A stretch of DNA of 62,962 bases, filler included, from Rhabdomonas costata (Eukaryota): the NCBI GenBank assembly GCA_019059605.1. It is 52 parts of 52 records of this genome, joined end to end, with 100 filler letters (N's around TTAATTAATTAA, not from the genome) between each part and the next. Parts side by side here need not be neighbours in the genome. Positions count along the whole stretch, not along the records: positions 1 to 1,113 come from JAHMHO010027954.1; positions 1,214 to 2,326 come from JAHMHO010027955.1; positions 2,427 to 3,539 come from JAHMHO010027956.1; positions 3,640 to 4,752 come from JAHMHO010027957.1; positions 4,853 to 5,965 come from JAHMHO010027958.1; positions 6,066 to 7,178 come from JAHMHO010027959.1; positions 7,279 to 8,391 come from JAHMHO010027960.1; positions 8,492 to 9,604 come from JAHMHO010027961.1; 44 more parts are not named here. The stretch is one strand, 5' to 3'. Positions 1-10,684 of this stretch are shown piece by piece. Positions within the stretch are counted from its first letter, which is position 1. Each line of letters begins with the position of its first letter. The translations under genes and the position numbers were made by a program. The notes beneath the pieces were generated by a model, which saw only the letters and a program-made list of their open reading frames with translations, had not been told where the DNA came from and made no database searches.

Positions 1-59
1 TTTTTGGGTTAGATCCGGTTGGAATCTGAGGTCACCGATTTGCAACACAGGACAAACGA

Positions 60-520
60 AGGTGTCGGCGATGACGCTGTTTCCGTCCACCTGGGTCATT
101 GGGATATCTCGTGGCAGCTTGGATTATTTCATATTGAAAGTCTGCACGGTAGAGGAGATAAAATTGTCGCTGCACCACGAGTCCATCAGAGAGCTGAAGT
201 TTTGCCCGAACATTTGAACCGGCAAGTACAGAAGTAGCTCCATGCGGATTGGTTCTTTTGTTTGCTTCGCCTCGATCGACGCAGTCGTCAACTCTTTGAG
301 TGGCACATAAGCTTCAAACTCCTTCGGTTTCCGACTGCTCTTGGATTTGGATTTTGGTGGGTGTGTTGGTGTAGATGAGCCTGGTAAGACCTGTGGCTCC
401 GGAACTCCCGACGGGGACTCGGTCTGCGGCGTTGGCAGAGAGGTTGCGACACGTAGTGTGTTCGTGGATGGTTCGACACTGGGCGGGGTAATCCCCTTTT
501 AGCTGGTAGCTCCAAACCGG
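60..520 (-). mobile_element. Decayed Ty3/Gypsy-like LTR retrotransposon gag-protease junction
   Basis: Minus strand gives VWSYQLKGDYPAQC (476-517, degenerate CX2CX4HX4C knuckle), then in another frame FSSLMDSWCSDNFISS and IPMTQVDGNSV, resembling retropepsin ALxDSGAxxNFIS and VxxADG. Stops and frameshifts are present. Confidence 0.6.
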
Positions 521-1113
521 GTCCCAGACTTTCATGATGCTGGGTCAACAATGGTTGCTGTGCGGTCTGGCTTGTCGAGCTTGAGTTTGGTATCTTCCTG
601 TTTAAGGTCGACCGTCTGCGCCCCGGCGTCTCGGGATGTGGATAACGGCATATCCTGCCATAGAGTCTCGGAAAGTTGCACGAATTGTCGCACCGCTAAC
701 CAGTCTGTGTTGCTGGCATTGAATCTACCGCATGAGCCCGCAGTCTCAGCTTCTTGGTTCCAACTGTCTGAGACGTGGTGGGGGGCTGGGTTTTTGCGGG
801 GCCTGGCTCTGTTGCGCAGACCGCGGTGGCTTCGTTGCGCAACCAGAAAACCAAGATTTGCATACTGACCTTAATTAACGCGATGAGGAGATTCTTTTCA
901 TCAACTGCGTTGAAGTGTTGTCGGTAATCCTTAAATTGGTAGATGTAGAGATTGAAATGTCCGTTTGACAGCACACATGAAAGGAATCCGCAACAGTGGC
1001 ACAAAATCAGCAATTGTGATTTGATGCAACGGGCCAAGGTGGAGGAACAAAGCAAGCGAACGAGGAAGAGACGAGCAAGAGGAGAGGGAAAAACCGCATC
1101 GTGCGCTGGTGTA

Positions 1114-1213
1114 NNNNNNNNNNNNNNNNNNNNNNNNNNNNNNNNNNNNNNNNNNNNTTAATTAATTAANNNNNNNNNNNNNNNNNNNNNNNNNNNNNNN
1201 NNNNNNNNNNNNN
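1114..1213. other. Artificial contig-joining spacer (first of 51)
   Basis: 44 N + TTAATTAATTAA (stops in all six frames) + 44 N recurs about every 1213 nt. Intervening contigs are all about 1111-1114 nt, consistent with a length-sorted concatenation. Confidence 0.98.
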
Positions 1214-1378
1214 TTTGTGGATCAACCCCGTCCCAGCACAGGGTTGATCCGTAACCCGAGAACCATCCAGGCAATGGAAGAGTAATCGAAAAGCCTGCTG
1301 AAGCCCGCTCCACCACGTGGTGTTTGTGTGGATCTCTGTGTGCTGTGTTATGTGGGTCTCTCGCTTGTGGGTGGGCAG

Positions 1379-1612
1379 GCCCTCACCCCGCTGGAGGACC
1401 GTGCTCTTGGGGCGGTTCTGGGGATGCTCCTGGGCGACTCCTTTGGCGCCCCCCTGGAGTTCATCCCGGTGGCCACCCGGGGCCAGCCCGCGCCGGAGCT
1501 GCGGCCGATCCCCCACTTTGGGATGCAGCCCGGGCAGTGGACCGACGTGGGGGCGATGGGGCTGTGCATGCTGGACTCCCTCCTGGCCAACCCCAGTCAG
1601 GAAGTGAACCTG
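1379..1612 (+). CDS. ADP-ribosylglycohydrolase (DraG/ARH family), internal exon
   Basis: DRALGAVLGMLLGDSFGAPLEF...PGQWTDVGAMGLCMLDSL matches the family N-terminal motifs GDAxGxxxEF and GxWTDDTxM. Bounded by CAG| at 1378 and |GT at 1613. Confidence 0.85.
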
Positions 1613-2468
1613 GTCTGTTCCTTTGAGCCTGGACCGACCCCTCCCCATAATGGTCGAGCGAGGCACCGAGAGAGAAAAGGAGAGATAAGAACAATGCTGC
1701 AAATCAGCTTCAGCCAAGCGTTTCCGAGGCCCGCGGGATTGGGCCTGGCTTTGGCGACTTGGCCTGATTTAACAGCCAAGGAGTTGTCTCCTTCGTTCAC
1801 TCCCACATTATGTCAAAGAGTGGTGGAGATCCGGCCGAGGTTTGATACGGTGATCGCAGTTAGTGGGAGCAAGCGTCTCGTCTCCGAAAAGCGTAGCGTG
1901 CGTAAGAGACCCTAATCGAGTGGGCGTGGTTCCACTGGTCGTGCTTTCAGCACAAAACGGGGTGCAACATTCTGGTAGGACCCGACGCATTAATGCAGGT
2001 TGGAGGTTTCCTATAATTAACTTTTCGCCCCCCCCCCCCCGCTTTTGCTGGAACATTTCTAACAAACGGACACCTTTGCGCTTCCCATGATGTGTGTTCG
2101 TGTGAGTTGCGAGTGAGGTGACTCACTGTGGGGTTATTTGTTAACCTTTGCAGGTTCATTAACCTCTTCTTGTATGCTTATTTTTTAGTTAGTATTTTTC
2201 AGTTAAAGAAGGGTCGTAATTAACCTTACAGAGTGAAGCTCTTCTTCCTCCTTCTCATTCTTCTTCTGCTCCAGGTGGACTTAATGGTGAGACTCGTGAA
2301 CTGGTGGTACTTTGGGTACAACAAACNNNNNNNNNNNNNNNNNNNNNNNNNNNNNNNNNNNNNNNNNNNNTTAATTAATTAANNNNNNNNNNNNNNNNNN
2401 NNNNNNNNNNNNNNNNNNNNNNNNNNGGGTGGGCTGGCTGTCCCTCGGTCAGTCCAAGCCGGACACAC

Positions 2469-3077
2469 CTCCTGCACCAGAGTGACGTACTTCGCATGGA
2501 TATCAATCGTGTCAGCGAGGGGGGTGCCCGTGACTACTTTCTCGAAGTCCACGACCTCACACGCCAGCAGGGTAACGTGCTTCCTGGGAACCCCCACCCC
2601 ACCTATGTGAGCATGTAACATGGAAGAGGGTTCACCCCCAACCACAGAGTAACGTACGTGACCCGTCACAGCGAAGACCCACAAGGAAACAGGACCCGGG
2701 GGAGGAGGAAGGATTCACTTTTGTAGGAAGCGGTCCAGCATGTCCGCCACCTTCGCCGCGGGCCTCACCGAGCTCACCGAGGAGGCCACGCTACCGGACC
2801 GCTGCTGAAAGCTGCTGACCGTACTGCGCTTACGATCTGCCGTGATGGAGCTCCCCACGGACGACGCCGCGTCCTTGCCGCCCTTGCCCGAGGAGGCCAA
2901 GGTGCGGCTGCGCTGCGCCAGCGCGGCGGTCTCAGCGATGTACTTGGCGTTGGAGCGGGGCACCGGCAAGACGCCCGCGCGGGGGGAGCTATGGATGCTG
3001 TGGATGCTCCCCGTGGAGACCCGGCCCATCACTGCGGAGCCGGTGGGATCCTCGAAGAGCATGCTCTTTTGGGAGCA
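2469..3077 (-). CDS. Class III nucleotide cyclase-like protein, two exons (3077-2719, 2583-2469)
   Basis: A Ser-rich linker joins in phase across a GT-AG intron to give DRFLQKKHVTLLACEVVDFEKVV...IDIHAKYVTLVQE, resembling the first strand and helices (VTxLFxDIxGF) of class III cyclases. Confidence 0.6.
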
Positions 3078-3639
3078 CTGTGTAGAGCGGTCACGATTAC
3101 CGTAACTCCGAAGCAGAAGCTCACTGATTTCAACGTAATTTCAAAGTCAATTGACGGGTTTCACTGGGCGTGTCTCGCCGTTCATGCCTTTCCCCGATCT
3201 CCCACCCAAAGAGAAGGATGTGGAATGAGAACACGACTGCACACACATCCTGTCCCGTGTAACCCTGCAGCGTCTTTCCACCACACACTCTGAAATTCTA
3301 CAACCCCTCTGACCGCCCATGCAGGTGTCCTCCTGGTCTGGTCTCCGCTCGTCTCTGGCCTGCGGATCCGCTGTGGTTCTTTTAGGGCACATCTGTAACA
3401 GAAAATCAACGAGAAAACACTCTGGAAAAAAGCTATCCTGTCGACGACTTTTTGGATTTCTTGTACCTAATGCAATTTCTGAAATCCTAGACAAAAAAGT
3501 GACCACCACCTTTTAAAGTGCCGCTGCGTAAAACCCCCCNNNNNNNNNNNNNNNNNNNNNNNNNNNNNNNNNNNNNNNNNNNNTTAATTAATTAANNNNN
3601 NNNNNNNNNNNNNNNNNNNNNNNNNNNNNNNNNNNNNNN

Positions 3640-3794
3640 TTTTGTTGGGCGATGCCACCACGCGCCTGGATATGCTCGAAGGCCACCCACGGGGCTCCCC
3701 CACGGCAGCTCACCCCAGAGCCATCGTTGCCGCAGCGCCGGGAGTTGTTGGTGCAGTCCAGGATCTGCTGCACCGAGAGTTCATTGAGGGAGCC
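3640..3794 (-). CDS. Papain-family (C1A, cathepsin-like) cysteine protease exon
   Basis: GSLNELSVQQILDC...SCRGGAPWVAFEHIQARGGIA matches LSEQQLxDC...GCxGG..AFxYI..GGI. Acceptor CAG at 3797-3795. Confidence 0.9.
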
Positions 3795-5230
3795 CTGCCC
3801 AGAGGAAGAGGCAGAGACAGCGTCCGGCCGGATGAACACTCCGCGTTGCAACCAAATATAGTAGGCTGTGCATAAGCGGATCATGATCTGGTGTCTGGTG
3901 GTGCAAGGGGCAAGAAAAAAGGATACGGTTCTGAACTGGGCCAGCCTTTGACATGAGCGACAAAGGATAAGCACAGCGTGTATGCCCTCTACCTGAGACA
4001 CCAAAAGGAAACCGATGCCATTTGGGCACCACAACGCTCATGTGAAGGAAAGAAAAGCACCTGACAGGAGCTTGTATGGATTTTGCAATGTGAATGTGGC
4101 TGCTGCTTATTTGCCACTGCGGAAATTCCGACGGTAACAGTGGTGTGTGAACGGAATAAAGTCGTTTTAAAGTCGTTAGAGAACCATTCCTGGTATGCAA
4201 ATGTTCAAATTATGCTTGTTGGCTTTCTTGGGGGGGGGGTATTTTTAGCACGTGTACCGTTGGTGAGCTTTGTTTGTTTGAGGCGAACTCAGTGCCCCTC
4301 ATTTGCCGCGTCGATTCCACTGGTTTATGAGAATATGTCCCTAAAACGGCTTTGGTGGGCAGGGGCTCCCTGGTGGCACGGTTTCTTCACGCAGGTGTCC
4401 GTATTTTGTTTGTCCGTGCGAATTCTTTTCCTCTTTTTTCTGCGCTGTTTTCGCCCCTTTTCCCCACGTTCCCCTCGCAAGTCCATGCCCTCTGGTGGGC
4501 CGGCTTGCTCGCCCAAGACTCCTTCATCTTCGTCTTCCTCTTCTTCTCTCGCTCTTCTCTTCTGATAGCGAAGGCAAGACCACAGTCTCCCACACAGTCC
4601 CTACCCCCCACACAAAGAAGGAAGAATGGGCGCCTGTTGCTCCGTTAGCAGCTCTCCCGCGCGGCAGACCGTCGAGTCTCCGGCCCCTGCGAAGCCTGTC
4701 AGCAACGAGCACAAGCCACAAGCGCAGCCTCTCCACCCCACACCTTCTGACGNNNNNNNNNNNNNNNNNNNNNNNNNNNNNNNNNNNNNNNNNNNNTTAA
4801 TTAATTAANNNNNNNNNNNNNNNNNNNNNNNNNNNNNNNNNNNNNNNNNNNNGGTTTGTAAAAATGGGGCAGAGGAAGAGAAAGAAACATAGTAGCAAGC
4901 TTCAAGGGAGACCCGTTGGAGCACGCGCTGAAATAAGGACATGGTGAGACACACTGACAGCAACATGGATTTGTCCTGGGAATTGTGACATGCGGAGAAC
5001 GAGTGTGGCAGCAACAGAGGAACAGGTGCGCGGAAGCACAAGGCTGCAATGGGGAGACTTGGAGATGTACTATTGCCAAGGAAGGGCAACGTGTGATCAA
5101 CGACAACATCATACCACGCAATGGTACTGTCTCGGAACGGAGCAAGGACGAACCTGGGAAGGGGCACTTTGCTTTAGTAGTGTTCAGCTTCCTTCCACGA
5201 CAATGCGTGTGGTTGCGTGGGTGCTGGAAC

Positions 5231-5359
5231 CTTGATGTTGGGGAAGAGCTCCAGCAGGCGCTTGCGGCCGTTCAGGTTGACCTTCTCCGCAGGGAACACG
5301 GCGCCCACTACCTCGCACCCCGCCATCGTCACACACCGAATCAGAGCCTCCGCAGTCCC
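5231..5359 (-). CDS. APRT: Adenine/purine phosphoribosyltransferase C-terminal exon
   Basis: GTAEALIRCVTMAGCEVVGAVFPAEKVNLNGRKRL resembles the APRT segment after the PRPP loop (GT..A...L...GAEVVG.....E...L.GR..L). Bounded by TTTTGCAG| and |GT. Confidence 0.7.
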
Positions 5360-5891
5360 CTGCAAAACCAAACCCAATCAGTAGCGTTGGTATCAAGCAT
5401 GTGTATCTTACAGCGATGCTAAATCCCTCATACGACTGAGTTCTCTTGTCCGCTGCGCTCGTGAGTTTCGAATACGTGATACGCCGGTGATTGCACTGGG
5501 ACCTGGGACCGTTGTATGTGGTGCACGGGTTGGGACGTTCCATGGGATGTGCGAGGCTCAGTTTAGCACTGCCACACGTTCAGCAGTGCTAAACGAGCGA
5601 ACCGGACACCTTTTGGGTATATTTTTATTGCCCATTCACTGAGAAGTTGAAAGCCGTTTCCAAAAAAGATGCATTTCGGACTTACCGAGGTTTGGAGGGG
5701 GGGGGGATTTCGATTTTACCCAATTGTTTGAATGAAATGCGCCTCCAGGTGTTTTCAGCTTATGAATTTGGGTGGGTGAATTGGGCACCATTTTTATCCT
5801 AGAAAAACACCCCTGCTTCCGAGAATTGCCCACAGTTCGCTGACGGTGACTTTTTAGTTAAGTGAAGGAAACTCTTCATTGTGCATGTGCA

Positions 5892-5955
5892 TCTGAAAAC
5901 TCTGAAAACTCTGAAAACTCTCACTTATAAGAACATAAGAACTCTCACTTATAAG
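5892..5955 (+). repeat. Short tandem duplications
   Basis: TCTGAAAAC x3 followed by two copies of AACTCTCACTTATAAGA. Confidence 0.8.
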
Positions 5956-6066
5956 ATGAAAAATANNNNNNNNNNNNNNNNNNNNNNNNNNNNNNNNNNN
6001 NNNNNNNNNTTAATTAATTAANNNNNNNNNNNNNNNNNNNNNNNNNNNNNNNNNNNNNNNNNNNNT

Positions 6067-6356
6067 TCCTGCGGACCTCGGACCGGGCCCCGCCGAAGGC
6101 GCTGATGGTGAGCCTGGGGATCGAGCCGCGGATCCCGCGGTTCCACTTCGAGGGCGCCGGGGGCGGGGTGTCCGTTACAGGGGGCGCTGGAGGGCCGATG
6201 GTGACGACCTCACCCACGGCCGCTGCTGCGGCTCCCTCGCCCTTCAGCTTTGCACCGGCGAACCCGGTCGCGGAGCCGCCGCTGCCCGGGATGCTGGCCT
6301 CGTCGAAGAAGTCCGTTGACTTGCAAAGCGTGGACAGCTCCATCGAGGAGGCCTAA
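6067..6356 (+). CDS. Terminal exon of unknown protein (Ala/Pro/Gly-rich tail)
   Basis: GC-rich open frame from the contig edge (FLRTSDRAPPKALMVSLGIEPRIPRFHFEG...SIEEA*), with GC content dropping after the TAA. Confidence 0.6.
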
Positions 6357-8641
6357 CCTTTCTCCTCACCCCCACCGCCATTTCCAGCTCTTCTATCTCG
6401 CTATCATTTTTTTGTGTGCATTCTATCCTGGCGTGGAGAATTTTTGTATGTATGAGGCTGGCGTCGCCTTGTCTCTAGTCCTCCTCCACTTTGCAGGCGT
6501 GCGTGTACCCTCTTTTTTGGGGGGGGGGCGCAGAATATATTTCGCTGCTGCGGAGAATTCAGTCTCTTTTTGATTACGGGTTTTTGCAATCTTGCATGTA
6601 CCCCCACTACTTTTGCTCTTTTCTCTAGGCCAGAAAGTAGGGGTCATGGCGGGAGGAAGGAGTGTTCAAGCAAAACCACGTGGGGTTCTCTCCCAGATGT
6701 AGATGGGGAACTGCATACACATTTGTCCCATTGTCTTCTCTGAGTTCAAATAGTTGGATTTTTAAACGGCAACGATGTGAGAATGAGATTGGGCGGGTTG
6801 CGTGATGCCGTGTGGTGTGATCGAAATTTAGGTAGGTGGGTAGGGGTGCTGGGCTCTTGCAAAGCTATCCATGTGCTGCAGTGGTTTCAGACGAGGCGTG
6901 CTTTTTCGCCTCCAGAAGGACGTTCTTCCTCTGCTTCTTTCTCTCTCCTTTTTTTTGTGCACTTTGCGTTCCTTCCTCTGCCCCATCCCTATCAGATCCC
7001 CCCCTCTCTCAGATCACTGTTGTTGTTGCGCCAGCTCAGCTATTGGAAGTGAAATGCTTGGAACGCAGGAAACATGTCCGCCTTCCAAAAACACCTGTTC
7101 TTCTACAAATACAAATGTGCTGTCGTTCCTGTTTAAAGCAAAATTAAAGTGCAGGTAGAGCCCCCACTTCAACCACCCNNNNNNNNNNNNNNNNNNNNNN
7201 NNNNNNNNNNNNNNNNNNNNNNTTAATTAATTAANNNNNNNNNNNNNNNNNNNNNNNNNNNNNNNNNNNNNNNNNNNNGTTTTTGTTTTCGGTGTTTTTT
7301 GGTTTTGTATTTTTGCCTTGTAGTCGGAGGTGGTCTTATTAACCTATGTGTTTTCAACTGGTTGGTTGAGTGTTGATTTTTAAGTAGTATTTACTACTTC
7401 AAATGAGTGTAGATTTGCACATTTTAGCTGCACTATGTTTGTTATTGTGTCTCTGCTGATTGTCTCACGTTATCATGTTATGCGTCTATTTTGCTGCCTT
7501 AAAGTGATGTGGTGGTTGGGATTTGGAGCGCGTTGCCAAGTTGTGAAACCACATTGTCTGTATTTCTACTTCAGTTATGGTTAGTGTTTGTCAGCTACCG
7601 TGACATATAAGCATTGTTGCTGTCACGATGTGTGTCTATGGATATTATTGTACTTTCAATCATCACCACTCTGTTGCCGTTTTACTCCTTTATTTTACAT
7701 ATTTTATCTACGTGCCTCCGACATGGCGAAGCCACACAGAAGATACCAGGTGGTCTCATGGCATTTTGGGTTCATCTTGGCACCAAGTCATGTCACAGAA
7801 TTACATTCCTGAGTATGAGGTGAAATGTGTCCTACCATCAGTAACATCAGTAATCGTCGGTAGAGAATGATGAAGGAGTGGAGACATGCGGAGTATGAAC
7901 AACTCAGAATCACTTCATTTTCACTCACTTTCATCACTGCTACTGACCCCCTCAACGTGTAGTGAATGTCGAGAGCATTATTTCATACATGGTTGGCAGC
8001 GGCCACATTCCAGTTCTAGTTTTTAACTTACCATCATGAAGGCATTTACTTCCATCAAATCCATCACATCTACACCCCATACCATCAACATCACATCTGC
8101 ATCCAACATCAACATCAGTGTCATCATCTGTATCCAAGGTAGTGGTCAGGAATTGTGTCACAATCATCACCCGCAACTCCGATAACAGCGTCTCCATTAC
8201 AACTATCAATGTGAGCATCAACGTAGGCATCAAGGTCAGCATATAAACTTCCACCACTTCCATAACACCAAGGCACTCATAAACGCATCACACAGTAAAT
8301 CCAGATTTAACGCCCTGTAACACCACTACTGAGACACAAAATGCATCTTCACTACCCCATCAAGCATTATTAGCTGAAATTCAACTACAATNNNNNNNNN
8401 NNNNNNNNNNNNNNNNNNNNNNNNNNNNNNNNNNNTTAATTAATTAANNNNNNNNNNNNNNNNNNNNNNNNNNNNNNNNNNNNNNNNNNNNGTTGTTGTT
8501 TCCGAAATGAGACCACTGTGACCGCATGTTAATGGGGCATGCTAGGATGTCCGGGTGGTTGGGTGTTGTACCTCGCCCTCGCTCAGTAATTTTGTGGGTG
8601 GTGGTGGTGGTTTTGCTCCTGCTGCCTCTTCGACTCCTCAG

Positions 8642-8846
8642 GTACGTCGACTTGTTCGCGCAGGAGAAGGCGAAAGTGCCATACAAGAAGCTGACCTCGG
8701 ACTTTGTGGGCCTGGAGAAGGTTGCGGGGCAGACCGTGCTGAAGGTCGCGCCGCAAGCCCTGACAATGCTCTCGGAGCAGGCCATGGTGGACATCGAGCA
8801 CTTCCTGCGGCCAGCCCACCTGCAGCAGCTCTCCAACATCCTCAAG
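8642..8846 (+). CDS. fumA: Class I (Fe-S) fumarate hydratase, N-terminal exon
   Basis: YKKLTSDFV...VLKVAPQALTMLSEQAMVDIEHFLRPAHLQQLSNILK matches the FumA/B-type N-terminus (LKV.PEAL..L...A..D..F.LRP.H.QQ...IL.D). CAG| and |GT boundaries. Confidence 0.92.
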
Positions 8847-10224
8847 GTCCCCCACGATCGGCAGGGAGGAAGGGAGGAAGAGGGGTGGGGAAATCTTTTT
8901 TCGCGAAACCGGCGGGAAGTATGTGATTGTGTGCGTGTGTGTAAGTGGGGAGCAGAGACAAAACTTGTTCTTCAGAGGGCAGAGCGATGCACACTGGCAA
9001 GCAGCGAATGTCTTCTTGTCTTGCCAAAAAATGGCCCAAGCTCAGCAAACAGGCGGGCAGTGGCAATCGTGCTGTCGCAATTGCCCATACCCTGACAGCA
9101 CGTGAAAAACTGGCAGCGAAGTTTGAACCCCCACCTGATATAAAGGACAGCGGAGGTTACCGTTATGGCAATTTACAGAGTTGGGCAACAGGGTAGCTGT
9201 GATTCTGGTCGAAACGGGCACTCGGAGAAGGCTTTGAATGCTGACCAAAGTTCCAGCTGGAGCCCTCTTACCTCATTATGATGGTGCCTCGTTAGGACAA
9301 GCTTCGGAGAGAAACCGGAAAGGGGAAGGGTGCCGCCAAAAACATGGCAGAATGGAGCAACCAATGGCCGAGTCCTCCGCACCGCACCATTCCGATACGC
9401 TGTACGCACGTGTGTGGAGAGAGAGGGGGGGAGAGAGAACGGCGGGCGGAGGGAGTGGAGGTGGGAAGAGGAAGGAAGTCGCAACCAAGCGGGACAGGGC
9501 GTTTTGACAACAGCAGGCATGCACTGGAAGCGCCCTCCTGCTCCTTCTCTTCTGCACTGGCAGACCCCGAATACCATCCCCCCTAAATCGCACACACACA
9601 AAACNNNNNNNNNNNNNNNNNNNNNNNNNNNNNNNNNNNNNNNNNNNNTTAATTAATTAANNNNNNNNNNNNNNNNNNNNNNNNNNNNNNNNNNNNNNNN
9701 NNNNGGTTGTGGGTACTCGATTTATCCAGCAACGCAAAAACTCCAGAGTTAGGGTGGCAGTGGGAGTGTTGAAGTGTGTAAAACTGTCGCCGCCTTCCAC
9801 ATGCAAGGTGGTTCAGCTGATGAATTTCAATTGTCTTAGTCTTAGCTTCTCAGGGTCTGAAAGAAGGTGGTTTCACAAATGGTACCAGTCTGCAAGAACA
9901 GGAGGATAAGAAGAGCAGGAGGTTAAGAATCTTGGGATCTGAAGAGTTGCAATGGGTGGAAAGTCAGGGCATCCCCACTCCAGCTCTCCGAAGCATCGAA
10001 AAAACCTCTACAACAACAAACTACGTGAAGGCCACCACACCGATGTGCACCCAGCGCACCGCACACACACACACGCACACAAACAAGAACGTACACAGAC
10101 CCCAAGGGCACGTGTCGAGGAGACACGAGGGGGGTGCTGGAAGTCCAGAAAAGGGACGGAGACGCAGCTCAGCTGCACAGAATGCGCTGCCTGGGCCCCC
10201 CAAACAGGCACATCCTGCAGCTAC

Positions 10225-10684
10225 CTTGCCCCCGATTGGACCACAGCCCCGCGACCTGCAGCGCCACCTGCAGTAGACGCCACCGTGCACCGTCAGGTGA
10301 CGCAAGACAAGAACACTATAACTAGATCTGATCGAACATTCGCATGCAAAAACTACCGAGCCTCAGTATGTGCGTCCCTCGCTCCCCTCCCACCCCACAA
10401 TCCCACACTCCGGTAACTCATATAACGGGCTGTACAGATTTCTGGGGCAAGTTTTCCCGCAACTTCACACCAGAAGGACCGCTAGAAGAACCCAGAACAG
10501 GACACATAACAGATCGCTTGTTCATGCTGTATGTTGGCGCTCCTTTTGCTCCCCGCCCCTTTCCAAAAACCCCGGAGAAAGGCGGCTGACCTTCGCGGAG
10601 CTGCCTGGCAAAGGCCTCTGGGTCCTCGCACTGGCGCAGGCTCTCCAGGTCCATACCCGTGGGAAACGCCCCAGCGATCGTAAT
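10225..10684 (-). CDS. Probable exons of unknown protein (10684-10591, 10267-10225)
   Basis: Two GC-rich blocks with CAG| and |GT ends. The first reads ITIAGAFPTGMDLESLRQCEDPEAFARQLRE. No family recognised. Confidence 0.45.

Noticed and set aside
1114..1213. Regularly spaced TTAATTAATTAA palindrome that could look like a CRISPR or repeat array
   Set aside because: It is always embedded in N runs with fixed geometry, so it is a synthetic six-frame-stop linker. ORFs ending in X...LIN are artefacts of it.
7865..7946. ATGATGA...CTGA spaced like a box C/D snoRNA
   Set aside because: There is no convincing terminal stem or recognisable rRNA-complementary guide, and the region is rich in TGA/TCA low-complexity sequence.
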